NCBI GenBank assembly: GCA_047495785.1
Contig: JBLDXI010000054.1
Span: forward strand, 1,116,001-1,180,000
Origin: Lepidodermella squamata
Taxonomy: Eukaryota; Animalia; Gastrotricha
DNA length: 64,000 nucleotides
Reading direction: 5' to 3'
Below the pieces are notes generated by a model, which saw nothing but the letters and a program-made list of their open reading frames with translations, was not told where the DNA came from and searched no databases. Position 1 is the stretch's first letter, and each line of letters opens with the position of its first letter. A program made the translations under genes and the position numbers. Below are positions 33,720-45,500 of the stretch, piece by piece.

Positions 33720-33975
33720 ATGATGAAACTTACCATTATTCTCGCGCTTTTAGTAGGTTCCTGCTTGCCCCTAAGTAACTGTACAGATAAATCTACTTTA
33801 CCTGCAGGTTTCGTCGGCGATTGTCGTTAACGCCGAAGTCGACAGCGAAGTAGCTGGAGCGCAGCCGAGTAGCCGCGGCGCTGAGCAGCCACAGGAGACA
33901 GCACGCCTGCATTGCAGCCATGGCTATATCCAAAAATGTCAAAACGGGGTCTGTAATTGTGTAGCTTTTTCGTGA
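33720..33975 (+). CDS. Secreted Cys-rich peptide precursor C
   Basis: MMKLTIILALL / VSSAIVVNA-EVDSEVAGAQPSSRGAEQPQETAR-LHCSHGYIQKCQNGVCNCVAFS*; intron 33753-33807. Confidence 0.82.
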
Positions 33976-34668
33976 TGGACGCTTTGTGGTAATTGACTAT
34001 TTGTGAAACTTGTCGCTGATAAATTCGCTGAAGTTATGATGATGCGATGTCGTTGAGAGTGCGAATAAAATCAGATCAATTGCCCACACGCGACTTTCAA
34101 ACGTAGGGTTGTGCCTATAGCCGATAGGACCAATGATACATATTGTTAGCGTCGTTGAATATGTCGGATTTAGGCTTGTTGACATCAGTTTCAAGATGAG
34201 AGGTGACAAGTAGAAAGCGGGATTTTTTAAGTGAATGAATAGGCAAGAGAGAAGAAATGGCATTGCCGCATCAGAAAGCAACTAAAAATAGCTTGGACTT
34301 CGACCTCATATAAATTTAGTTAGGCGAACACGCTGTAGATGTTTTTTCAACTAGAGACCACGGGGACGTCGTAATGAAGAAAAAACTCATGCATTATACA
34401 TAATAATATTTCATCTAAGGTGATCGTAAAATTTGTTGACACAAGAATTTTATTTCGCATTGCTTTTTTCATTATTTTTCTCTTAACAATAAAGCTTATT
34501 TGTTTTTCCTCTCGAAATAGCCACTTAACACCTACACCTTATTTTGATTGCTCGCGATAGCTTTTGCACCGGCGCAATTACAGCAAGAAGTGCCTATAAA
34601 TTACGGGCTAATGAGGCAGCTTTTTATTTCTTTTCAAATTCTTCCCTCTCTTCGTTTGGTTTATTCTG

Positions 34669-35290
34669 ATGGCAAGATCAGCCTTTGTCTTGACGGCTTT
34701 GCTCGCTGCCTTTGGTTATGCCGCAGCAGCCAGATACTACGTCAACCAAACGCCTAATGTCGGCAGCTCTAACGCCTGCCCGTCGCATCCATCTTATCGA
34801 AGGATATGACATGAACGCGGCTGTCACCGCGATTGGGGCCAAAGTAGGCCAGTACTGGATCGGTCTCTACAACACCCGCAAAATATCGGACGGTGTCAAT
34901 GGATAGACTTGTAAGTAAAATTTGCATTCTCGCTAACTTGCAAGATGATTTATGTCGAATACAAAGGGATTGATGGTTCAAGTTTCAACCGTAATAGCTA
35001 CGTCAACTGGAGCCCGTTGACAGGCTACACGAACCCTCAGGATACCAACCTGAACCCAGGTTCAGGCCTTCCGGGTATCTACATCAATGAAAAGGGCCAG
35101 TTCTTTTTTGCCCTTGGTTACGCATCTGTCAACCGCCCGCTGCTGTGCAACGGTGAGCTGAAGGTAAGAAATTTCTATATGTATTTGGATATCCCTTAAA
35201 TAACGATAACCTTCTCAGTACAAGCCAACAACCACAACCGCAACCCCAGCCATGGATGACGATGACGATGAATGTATAGGCCGCTGCTGA
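34669..35290 (+). pseudogene. Secreted C-type lectin-like gene with frameshifts and an in-frame stop
   Basis: Signal MARSAFVLTALLAAFGYAAA; ASI, YWIGL, W-IDGS...YVNW, PLLC motifs lie in different frames; TAG at 34904-34906; short introns. Confidence 0.65.
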
Positions 35291-36035
35291 TTGCTTTATA
35301 TCCATCCATTGTCTTTTTTTTGGTTAAATAGTAGTAGCCGTAGCAATTGATGCCAATGTAAGCCAGAGCTGCTGTTACTCCGACAATGATGTCTAGAACT
35401 CGCCCAAAATTGATGGTAATGGAGCCATTTCGTGATGTTGATGGTGCTACTCTGACTTCCCTAAATCGTCATGGAGTAGATAGTGATTACTCAGCATAGA
35501 AAGGACAGCAGGTGTTTGAAATTGGATAACAACATTCGAATAGGTTTGACCGGAACAGAGCTCATCAACACAGTATCGGCAAAAACCATTAGAGCTAGCA
35601 TAATCGTGACAACGAAAATCGACCTATCAGCTCGAATTAGGATCAGTTCCTTGCCTAGGATGACCTTCCGTCCCAAACAACCCAATTTAAAAATGGCCAT
35701 TGGATTGTGCAGTTGCCGAAATGGCCATTAATGGCTCCCATTGTTCTCAGCCACGCTCGGGACAACAAATTGGTCGGCTCGCGTGCGTCTAATAAAAACT
35801 TCTTCATTCACCGGTGACGATTTTGAGGGCTTAAAATGTTTGAGATCGCCATTCCTGATTATTACTCACAAGCTGGATAATGGGAGTGTAGTTGTAGTGC
35901 AGATCTTAGGATAGCGCGAATCAGCATTTTAGGGTCCTCCCTTTGACCCTGCGACTGAACAGAACTGAACTGAAAATGGTCATCCCTGCCAGTTCAGAAA
36001 CAGTTCAACAAAGCTGAAGCCAGTCATAACCAAAA

Positions 36036-36907
36036 ATGGCACTCGTTCGAATAATGGCAGTTTTCTCCTTTGTTCGATCGCTCGATTTCTTAAAGCCTGG
36101 GGCTCATCTCGCTCCATATCGAGGCGAGATTGGTCACTTGTTCTGCTATTTTGTGATTCTCTTGTTTTTCGTCTATCGTACTGCTAAAAATGTTCTTCTA
36201 ATTCACTGCTCGATTTGCCTGGTGGAATTTCTGATAATAACCCGAAAAATGCGGTGCAGATTTAAACAATTGTTCTTCCCGATTTTGAAAATATCCGGAA
36301 CGCCTATTTTCACGACTATAGCCTGTGCCATCGCTGTCATTTTGATGCTGACCTCTGTCGGTGTTTACGATTGTTCGATCTGTGACGAAGATTCAGGAAT
36401 TATTGGCTTAGGCGAGCGCGATTACAAATCAATACCAATTTACGGGCCCATTTTCACAATGATGGATAACGTAAGCCTGGCTGCAGCTTCTGCAATTGTT
36501 TGTGAGTGAGAGTTTTCACGAATTTCCCGCATCATTCTTTTTTTTACAGCTTTTCTATTGATTTCGGCTATAATCGGGTTAAGTTCGACTTTCTATGTCA
36601 CGGCGGCCTACTTCGAGCCAAGAGATTCCACGGGATCAGCCTTCATTCGAGCTTGGATTTCGGCCATGGTCGCAGCTATTGTGATAGCGTTGCATCAGAA
36701 TTTTCATCAATTCAGCGATCTCCTGAATAAACTGGACCCTAAAATGCGGGATTTCGGCATTCATGTTGACTGTTTATTCGTCGGGACGCCTTCAGCTTTG
36801 TCTGATGATTATTGCTTGGTCGACGACTATATCTTTTGTTAGAAATGATTACAACTTCGGTATCCCTTCTTCAACTTAACTCGTTCCTCAGGTTTCAGGT
36901 CAGGTAG
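36036..36907 (+). pseudogene. 'CSDWPL' family copy 2, 5'-truncated with a late frameshift
   Basis: Similarity starts at VRIMAVFSFVRSLDF; lacks the N-terminal ~110 aa; single-base loss near 36835 gives an early TAG. Confidence 0.7.
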
Positions 36908-37279
36908 CTCTGTTTTCATTTAATGTTAAACTTTATCCGGAGAGCAAAGCTTAAGTATATATCTGTAATATTATATTGCTGACTGCAGTAAAAAATACGT
37001 GTTTCGCGCAGGTGAATTGAAATGATCTTTTTCAGCACGGAAAATTGTTTCATCCATGGCAGCTCCTGGATCCTAGATCGCACCTTGATGTCAACACCAA
37101 AGCGGGTCAATGGCAACATCAAACAAATTTCATAAAAAAAAAATGTACACAACGCTGAACATTCAATCGCCAATCCAAATCTAAATCGACAAATCGCTAA
37201 TCCAAAGAGGTGTGGAAAGCATAAGAAAATATTGGCGTGAAAAAGACTTCGTTGAAAAGGCGTAATGTAGGGTGACGAT

Positions 37280-37436
37280 CAGGGTGCGAAGTACAGGGGT
37301 GTCGCGACACCCCAGCTCCGGGACTGCATCTAGAGGAAGGCTGAGAAAATCCACAGGGGGACCCTTTGGTTTCTTCTGCTGGGTCATAGAAAACAAGTAG
37401 AAAACACCTCAGCTCCCGGTCCTACTTCGCACACTG
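37280..37436. mobile_element. hAT-type MITE, 157 bp
   Basis: TIRs CAGGGTGCGAAGTA / TACTTCGCACACTG; perfect 8-bp TSD GTGACGAT (37272-37279, 37437-37444). Confidence 0.9.
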
Positions 37437-37542
37437 GTGACGATATGCTACGATAGTGCGAGTGGGCGGCAAGGTATGTGAACCTTTCAGGGTTACTAAA
37501 GGCTCGCAACAAGGTTGCCCTCTTTCCCCCCTAATCCCTAAT

Positions 37543-37679
37543 CAGAGAGCGAAGTAGGACCGCGGAACTGGTCAGGATGATAAAATCCCGACACAAGGGC
37601 CCCTTGGTCTTCGACTAACGGAACTGGAACGGATCGATGGAACTGGTAGGGATTTGATCTAGCGGTACTTCGCTCTCTG
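37543..37679. mobile_element. hAT-type MITE, related subfamily
   Basis: TIRs CAGAGAGCGAAGTA / TACTTCGCTCTCTG; similar copy at ~57192-57333; no clear TSD. Confidence 0.75.
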
Positions 37680-37718
37680 CCATTGCTGTTCATGGTTCAT
37701 ATGTGTCTTCAATGTCGT

Positions 37719-37853
37719 CAGTGTGCGAAGTAGGATCCGGGGGCTTTGGTGTTTACTAATCGTTTTCTAGGATCCAGCCTAAGAAACCAAAGGGTCCCCC
37801 CTGTGGTTTTTCCAGCATTCATCTGCTTGGAGTCCCCGAGCTGGGGTGTCGCG
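37719..37853. mobile_element. hAT-type MITE, inverted copy of 37280-37436 missing one TIR
   Basis: Reverse-complement similarity to the 157-bp MITE; 8-bp TSD AATGTCGT (37711-37718, 37854-37861). Confidence 0.85.
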
Positions 37854-38663
37854 AATGTCGTATGCAAGCCGGAGTGAATAGAGAAATGTGTCGTACCACT
37901 AGCATTCGTATTCTAGAGTATTCTAGATGACACAGGACTTATGCAGCATTTAACGTCTGTATTGAGGCGTGTCAAATTTTGGGTCTGAAATTAAAGTTAA
38001 ATTAAATTACCGAAAACCATGTTCATGGTAGTTGATAAAATGGAAAAGACTGGAACCTTTTAGCAAATTCAATGCAGTTTTTGTATCCTTCAAAAGATTC
38101 ATTCGTATTATTCAAATCACCGCTTGCTTTCAAGGTACAAATTGAGGCCCAGCGACAGATTATAGCGGAAACTTGTTGGTATTTCCATATATATTATGAT
38201 AATATGGCTCTTTTCCATAAACTGTTTGCTAATTTTCCCGGCATCACGACTACAGAAAATTAATGCTTGTCAGTCTGGACCTCGAACGCTCAGCGCTTAC
38301 AGCTGCACGAACTATCACTGTAGTTACACGGCTCTTCCAATCTCACTTGTCATGCACAATCTAGCAGCGTTTTGCAATAGAACCCTGCACCAGTTTTTTT
38401 TAAGAAGGACTTTCGTATTTCAAGGGCAGCCTGCACCGAGATAACCGCAACAATTCCATCGCGCACACTATTCTAATTCTTTTGATTCTCTGGATACTAA
38501 AAATGGCAGTGCATATACCGTTGCTAGGAGAGTGTCTATGGGACATATAAAAATGAAAGACGGCAGCAAGTTGGTTGCTTTGTTAGTCTTTATTCTTGAT
38601 ACACAAGTAGGACACGGCATATTACGCTATTTCATTGCAAACTGAGCTTGTAATTCCAGCAAA

Positions 38664-39118
38664 ATGTTCAAAGTTTTCGCCATTGCTGCTGTAGTTTCTA
38701 CCCTTTTCGCGGTTGCTTCAGGTGAAATACTTGCTATGATATCAATGACAAAACGCATGTAACTGTATTTCTTCTAGCTGTTACCTGCTATCAAAGTTTC
38801 GCCGGCATGGCAGCAAGCGATTGCACGGGTAACTACTGCGTGGTAAAATTCTCTTTCTTTTCTCTTGATTGAATGGCTTGATTATGCCATTCGAAATAGA
38901 AAACCGTCGCTACCGTGAATGGCAATACAATGGTATCGAAGCTCTGCTCCTCGACCTGCGATGAGGGCCCTAAAAGTACTTCAGTTGCCGGCATTAGCGT
39001 TACCGGAAACGGTTACTGTTGCACGACGAATTATTGCAACTCAGCTCCGAAGAATATTGCTAGCAGTTTTGCAGCTGTCGCTTTCGTGCTGGCAGCTTAT
39101 GGCCTCGCTGCTATCTAA
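38664..39118 (+). CDS. Ly6/three-finger GPI-anchored protein, copy 3
   Basis: MFKVFAIAAVVSTLFAVAS / AVTCYQSFAGMAASDCTGNYCV / KTVATVNG...YCCTTNYCN plus hydrophobic tail. Confidence 0.85.
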
Positions 39119-39491
39119 AAAAGCAGCATTCTCACCAATCGACGAATGTGATATCCCAACGTCTTTTCTCCACTTTTTTTCTAAAATCACGTGGTCTGTT
39201 TGAGGTTCAATCTGATAAGCTTCAATGACCACAGAATTAACAATAAAATATCTGTGTTGTTTGGGCTTTGACTCAATACCAGCCGAAATGTTCTTTTTGT
39301 GAACTTGTTGCGCGATAAGGAATCGCTCGTTCAAATCGATGATGTTTGCGTTCTATTGGTTTAGGTGCGGAGCGATAAGAGATCGGCATAAGGTGTGAAG
39401 TCACTGATAATTACAAAATGTTAACAGAAAACCAAATGTTACCGGTTTTGTAGTTCATAATTTATTGCAAGTCAAGGCAATTGTTTTAGAA

Positions 39492-40663
39492 ATGCCGAGC
39501 TTCGCGAATTCCTCCTGTAGATGTTTTGCAGATGCTTGTAGCGACTGGCCGCTCTCCATGCTCATGCATGCTGTTTTCATGCCAACCATCAGCTTTGTGA
39601 TGTTCCTGATATCAGTTTCAACGTTGAAACAAATAGCTAAAGCAATGCTATACAATTTGTCTTCAAACATAAACGCTAAAAGAGATTCCAGCCAACAAAA
39701 TACAGACATGGCAGCAGATACGATCATTTCAGGGGATGTAATCATGATCGACTGCGATATCAAGCGAAGGCAGAGGAAGTGCTACTTTTGTTTTCGAACC
39801 ATTGTCCGGATAATGGCCGTCTTCTCCTTTGTTCGATCGCTGGATTTCATGAAGCCTGGTTCCCATCTCATTCAATATGGCGGAGAATCAGGCCATTTGT
39901 TCTGCTACTCTGTGATTCTCATGTTTTTCGTCCATCGTAGTGCTAAAACCTTCCTCCTGATTTACTGCTCGATTTGCCTAGCGGAATTTCTGATAATAAC
40001 GCGAAAAATGCGGCGTAAATTTGACAAATTGGACGTTCCGCTACTGAAAATATCTGGAGCGCCAATTTTTACGACCATAGCCTGTGCTATCGCTGTCATT
40101 CTGATGCTGCCCTCTTTCGGAGTTTACGATTGTTCGATCTGTGACGAAGAGTTCGGCATTATTAACTTGATCCAGCGAAATTTCGAATCCCTACCAAAGT
40201 GCGGAGCAATTTTCACAATGATGGATAACATCAGTTTGGCTGTATCTACTACAATTGTTTGTTAGTGAGAGGTTCCAAAAATATCCCGAGTCATTCCTGA
40301 TTTTTTTTTACAGCTTTCCTGTTGATTTCGGCAATAATCGGGTTAAGTTGGACTCCGTATGTCACTAACGCCTACTTTGAGCCTGGTGATTATTCGAGAT
40401 CCGCCTTCCTTCGAGCTTGGGTTTCAGCCATGGTCGCTGCTATAGTGATAGCGTTGCACCATAACTTCCATCAATTCAGCGAGCTCCTGAATAAATTGGA
40501 ACCTAGTCGGGATTTCGGCATTCATATTGACTGCATATTAATCGGTGCTCCACTAGCTTTTTCTGATGATTATTGCGTGGTTGATGACTATATCGCTTTG
40601 GTTGAATTCGTGACCACTTCGTTAGCTTTACTTCAACTTAACTCCTTCCTCAAATCTGGGTAG
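39492..40663 (+). CDS. 'CSDWPL' family multi-pass membrane protein, copy 3
   Basis: Close paralog of 19420-20614 with the same intron position. Confidence 0.75.
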
Positions 40664-41471
40664 CTCTGTTTTGATTCCCCGTTCCACTTAATCCGGAGAC
40701 CCAAGCTTCCTTTGGTTTTTGCGAAAAAATTCAAAGACAAGATGGAGTCTAATTCTCACACGATGCCACAGTCCCCCGATATGATAATATCCGATCTTCC
40801 GTAAATCATTATCCGGAGAGCAAAGCTTATCTCTATTGTATAAGGCTGACTGCAATAAAAAATTAGTGTTTTTGAACAATTTTGCAGATCTGAAATTGGA
40901 AAAATTGAAACGACCGTTTTTCGGATTTTTCAGCCCTGTTAGCCGCAACGATTGCGTTTAACCAGCAACAAGGAAAGCAAATAAAATAACAGCTTTGCAG
41001 TTTATTTTTGATCGCATATCGAATGTATTGCGTGGATTGAGTAGGTGCGTATGATTCTGGGGACATCTATTTGAGTGATAGTCGCTGTTTTTGTTAAGTT
41101 CCCCTCATTGAATCATTCGATTCTTGAACTTCCTGAGATTTCCTAAGTTTTGAGAGCACTTTGAGAGCTATTCAGTGGGCCAAATGAGAGCCAGCGGATG
41201 CAAGCTATATTCAATAATACTCCGCTGTTTTAAATTGTTGCAGCTCTAAAATTGGAGCTTCATTGATACGTCAAGGGCTTTACAGACGTTTTTAGCGAAA
41301 GACAATCCTGTGTCACCACTAACGTAAGTATCGCTTGGTTGCGTTGCAGAGAAGTGCACTTAGAGAAGGAAGTAAACATAGGCGAAGAATAAGCACCGCG
41401 GACGTAATTGACACTTATTATAGGCGGTTGTTGAAGCTTGAAACCGCATCAATTTGAAATTATCAATCGAA

Positions 41472-44222
41472 ATGACGCGAGCTATTATCTTTTTCTGGCT
41501 TCAATTCTGGGTAATCATGCAAGTCGCATTCGTGGGATCGTCGAAACTTCCTGCAAATAGCCCAATGCCTAGTCGCATTTTCGCTTCGAGCTTTAACAAG
41601 AGTGATCCGAGAGGAAGAATATTGTCTTTGCCTGCAACGATAAACTACGGAGGTCCATTGCTTCCTCTTGGTCCAACTTGCACAGAAGGAATGCGCTTTG
41701 CCATTGACAGCATTAAGAAGACAGCAAATTTTCTGCCTAATTACGAAATAGCTATCGACCCATTGGACGATATGGTAGGTTGACTTAGCGACCATTGTAA
41801 AAACCTACAATTTATTGCAAATTTCAGTGCTCCAGGGCTGGTGGGGTCAACAAATTTTCTAGCGAAATGCGACGAAACGACGAAATCGCTGATAGGTTTC
41901 CTATTCATTTAGGATCTTACTGTTCGGGCAATATATACACAGGCCAGTATCACCATCACTTCAACTTTTTAGGGGTAAGAGATGAAACAATAACTAATTA
42001 ATGATCGATTGGTTGAAACTTGCCTTCGATAGCTAACGATGGTTGCATCGAACGACGAAATTCACAAGTTTGTTTCACAATACCAAGGATACTTTCCGAG
42101 CCTCCCTCTTCTCGGTACTGCTCACTATGCTCTTCCTCAATTTTTCGACATGATGAATTGGAGGAAGATCGGAATAATATCTGAAAACGCAAAATACAAT
42201 ACTGATGTAAGATTGCTTGCAATGATAAATTGTAATTAAAAATTCCAAATATGGATCATAGATTGAAACCAAACTCGCCATCGATTTGGAGAAGCTAAAC
42301 CCACCGGTAAAGATCGGCATCTTCAGATTCCTTTATATGTCTGGAGTTGCTCCCGAATCTAGCTGGATCGAAGGTCCAGCACTAGAGTTGAAGGAATTCA
42401 ATCCGAGAATCATCATAGTCAACGCTGTGCTTTCAGTTCGAGTGGCTTGTTGGCTTCACAGGCTTAAAATGTTCGGCCCAAACTACGTCATCCTATCAAT
42501 GACGCTGCAATCCTTCGCCCCTTCTGAGTTACTGCGTTTCTCCGATTGGTGCTCAGAGGAAATGCTTAAGCAAGTCTTGGAGAGTTTCATCTTCTTTGGT
42601 TACGCGAATTCGATGAGTATGGGCGATTTCGATTCGGTTGATTCATTAGGCAACACTGGGCGCCAGCTAGACAAAGCCCTTCAGACCGCCGTTGAAAGTC
42701 CTGAGAGTGATTCAAGATGGTGGCATTGGCGGTCTTACTGCTACGACAATGTCATGATAGCGGCTCATGTTTTGAATCAAACTGAATCTATATTGAACAC
42801 ACGTAATTCTCTTGCGAACTAATATTTGCCCTTAATTTTCATTCTTCTATACAGGTAACGAAACTCTGTCCGATTGGTTTACGTCAAAACCGAAATTCCA
42901 GCAAAACGGATCGCAGATATTTGAAACAATGAAAGAGTCATTATTCTCAACAAAACTGATGACCAAAATGGGTTACGTTGAGTTCGATCAGACCACTAAG
43001 CGTAACAGCAGGGGCAAAATGAATATCGGTTTCTTCCAAGTTCAAATCGATGAACGAAACCGTTTAGCACCCTGGGTTATTGCTACGTATGATACGAAAA
43101 CTGGAAAGTTTCTCGCAATACCAGGGGCTATGAAATGGCGAACAGCTGACGGACAAGCGCCAACAGACAGTCTGCGGGTAGTGCAAATCAACTCTCCTCT
43201 GATCAACACTGCAGCCTACGCAACGTTAGCGGTGATTTCCGCATCCATAGTTATCATTAATATAATTCTAATTTCGCTTCTATGTTTACGCCGAGACCGC
43301 TCATTCAACTATTTGATCCTAATTGGAAATATTTTCCTCCAAATTTACATCTTGATCCGACCACCTCTGATACTTTCTTGGCTCGCTGTATCGTGCATGA
43401 TAGCTTACAGTGGTTTGTTTATCGGGGTTCTCTCCCAATTCCTCGCATTTGCGGTTAAACTGGAAATTTCCAATATTAGCCGTTTTCGTCGCACGCAGCG
43501 TAGTTCCCGTTTTCAAAGCACCAGTTCCGGAGTTTTCGAGCGGATGAAATCTGCGAGTTCGGAATCTTTAGCTGCACTTGGCTGTTTAGGCATTTTGGTG
43601 GTCGTATTGGGCCTGATTGCAGCGTGGTTTGCCAGCGATCCTTTGGTGATCGATACAGTAATTTCCGAAGTAAATATTGCTTCAAATGATGGTAGCGTCG
43701 GATACCAATACTTGAGCAACCGCTGTATTTTAGGCGAGGAGCTGCAAACCTACATTCTGATGGGTCTGATCATCGTTATTATTAGTACTCTGGTACTACG
43801 AGGCGGATACTTAGCATATCTCTTCCGATCGGTGCGTTTTATTGTCTCAAGTTTAAGTTTGATAGTGACACTTTAAATTTCAGAGCAACAGCGCTGGTGG
43901 ATCAGACCTTTTAGCAACAGGAAAATGCTTATACGGAAGCGCAATCCTGTGGGTTTGCGGTGCTGTTGTGGCTGCAGCGATGTTCGACGACGCCGCTGAC
44001 AGGAAACATCTGGCGATATGCGTCACCGTAATCGGAAGTTGCCTGCTTAACCTGAATATGATATTTGCTCCGAAGCTGCGATCGCTGCTGCTGGAGAGCC
44101 TAAGAACTGAAAGGATGACCGATGTTAAGGTTCGAACACATCCATCAAAGTCGGTTGTGCGGGGTGGCAGGACATCTCAGTTTGTTGAGGAGCGCAGTAG
44201 TAGGGATATCGCTCATTCTTGA
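41472..44222 (+). CDS. Class C GPCR, GABA-B-like, paralog B
   Basis: Same exon structure as 13341-16106; near-identical flytrap domain; 7TM with IAAWFASDPL and MIFAPKL. Confidence 0.82.
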
Positions 44223-44526
44223 GATCCAAAGCCAATAATGCTGGAACCCTTGTATATCGCGAAGTTCTGGCTTCGATTCATACAAACCCCGATGATGTAA
44301 CACCGTTTATGATATGATTTTAAATAAAGTAATGCTGGAAGTGAACAAAGAATCACAAAGAAACACTCATGACAAGTCGGGTTGCTCGATAGAATTTAGC
44401 TCGACGGAATCTATGGATTCCTGAAATAACAAAAATGTAATTATTTCGAAGTGCGGCAAGGGACACAACCTGAGTAAGTAGAACGCGTTGATGCTCTTTG
44501 AACTAGGCAATAAAAAATTCGACGGT

Positions 44527-44868
44527 TTTTACACTCGTTTTCGCGGAAGAGAACCTGGATATTCACGTGTTATTCATGTGATGCTGCTGTTACAACAAAC
44601 ACGCGAGCAAACAACCACTCCTTAAATTCGCGTCCCGGTAGTACGTGCAACGCTGTATAAACTCATCTCAAGCATGATCTAATCATTTGATCATTTTGCT
44701 TTTACACTTGTTTTATTCGCCAAAGGGAACCTGAATATCCACGTGTTATCCACGTGGTGCCTGCTGTTACAACAGCCATTCGAGCAAACAACCACTCTAA
44801 TTCGCGCCTCGGTAGTAGGTGCAACGCTTTAAAAACTCCCCTCAAATATGACCTAATCATACTCATCA
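44527..44868 (+). repeat. Two diverged tandem copies (~172 bp) of a promoter-like unit
   Basis: tttacact...gaacctg.atat.cacgtgttat...ctgctgttacaaca...gagcaaacaaccactc...gtgcaacgct occurs twice; contains CACGTG E-boxes. Confidence 0.75.
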
Positions 44869-44896
44869 GTTTTCAAATAAATTCAGAGAAGTCATC

Positions 44897-45236
44897 ATGC
44901 TGGTAAAACTGGCTATCGTCTTCGCATTACTTGTTGGCGCTGTTTGTGAGTTAACTTTTTCAAAAGTAAAAAATGAGCGAATTTCTGTATCTAACAGCCG
45001 CTAACAACTACCGATACAGCACTAGCAGTTGCGTCGCCTGGAACAGGTCAAATATTATTAGGCGAGTCTCGGGATCTCAATCGCGTCATCAATGCACCAC
45101 GATTTGCGATGCAGAGAAGAATTGCAGGGGCTTCTGGCACACCAGGCCTGTTAGCAGAGGTGACTGCTACCTGCTGTCCTCATACGCTAACGCTGGCAGC
45201 TACAACGGTCCTGATGGCCATTACGTCAGAGCTTGA
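44897..45236 (+). CDS. Small secreted single PAN/Apple-domain protein
   Basis: Signal MLVKLAIVFALLVGAVS, phase-1 intron, then C-x3-C-x5-C-x2-F...C-Y-L (QCTTICDAEKNCRGF...GDCYLL). Confidence 0.75.
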
Positions 45237-45500
45237 GCTACGGCCCGGATTATGCTGGATTGAATTCATTCAATTTGGGAAATCATAATTGCGCCATATG
45301 AGGCTAATCAATAAAATTGCGATAAACATATCTTCCGGGTTTGTTTCTAAAAATTAATCAAAATAGCTGATAATTCTCACATTTATCGGCATTGAGAACG
45401 TTTTATTTCATTACGGCAGTTTGAAACGTGACTGTTTACAGATTTCATATCGGCCTGCTTCCGAAAATTTTGTAAATCATTCCGAGCATCAGCGAAAAAT

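Larger units (their letters stand above)
32891..34137. repeat. Long inverted duplication (arms ~32891-33408 and ~33596-34137, ~190-bp spacer)
   Basis: The arms are reverse complements including UTR, intron and coding sequence of peptide genes B and C. Confidence 0.9.

Noticed and set aside
35296-35860. Hydrophobic minus-strand reading-frame fragments
   Set aside because: Possibly a decayed membrane-protein gene, but interrupted by stops and with no recognisable motif.
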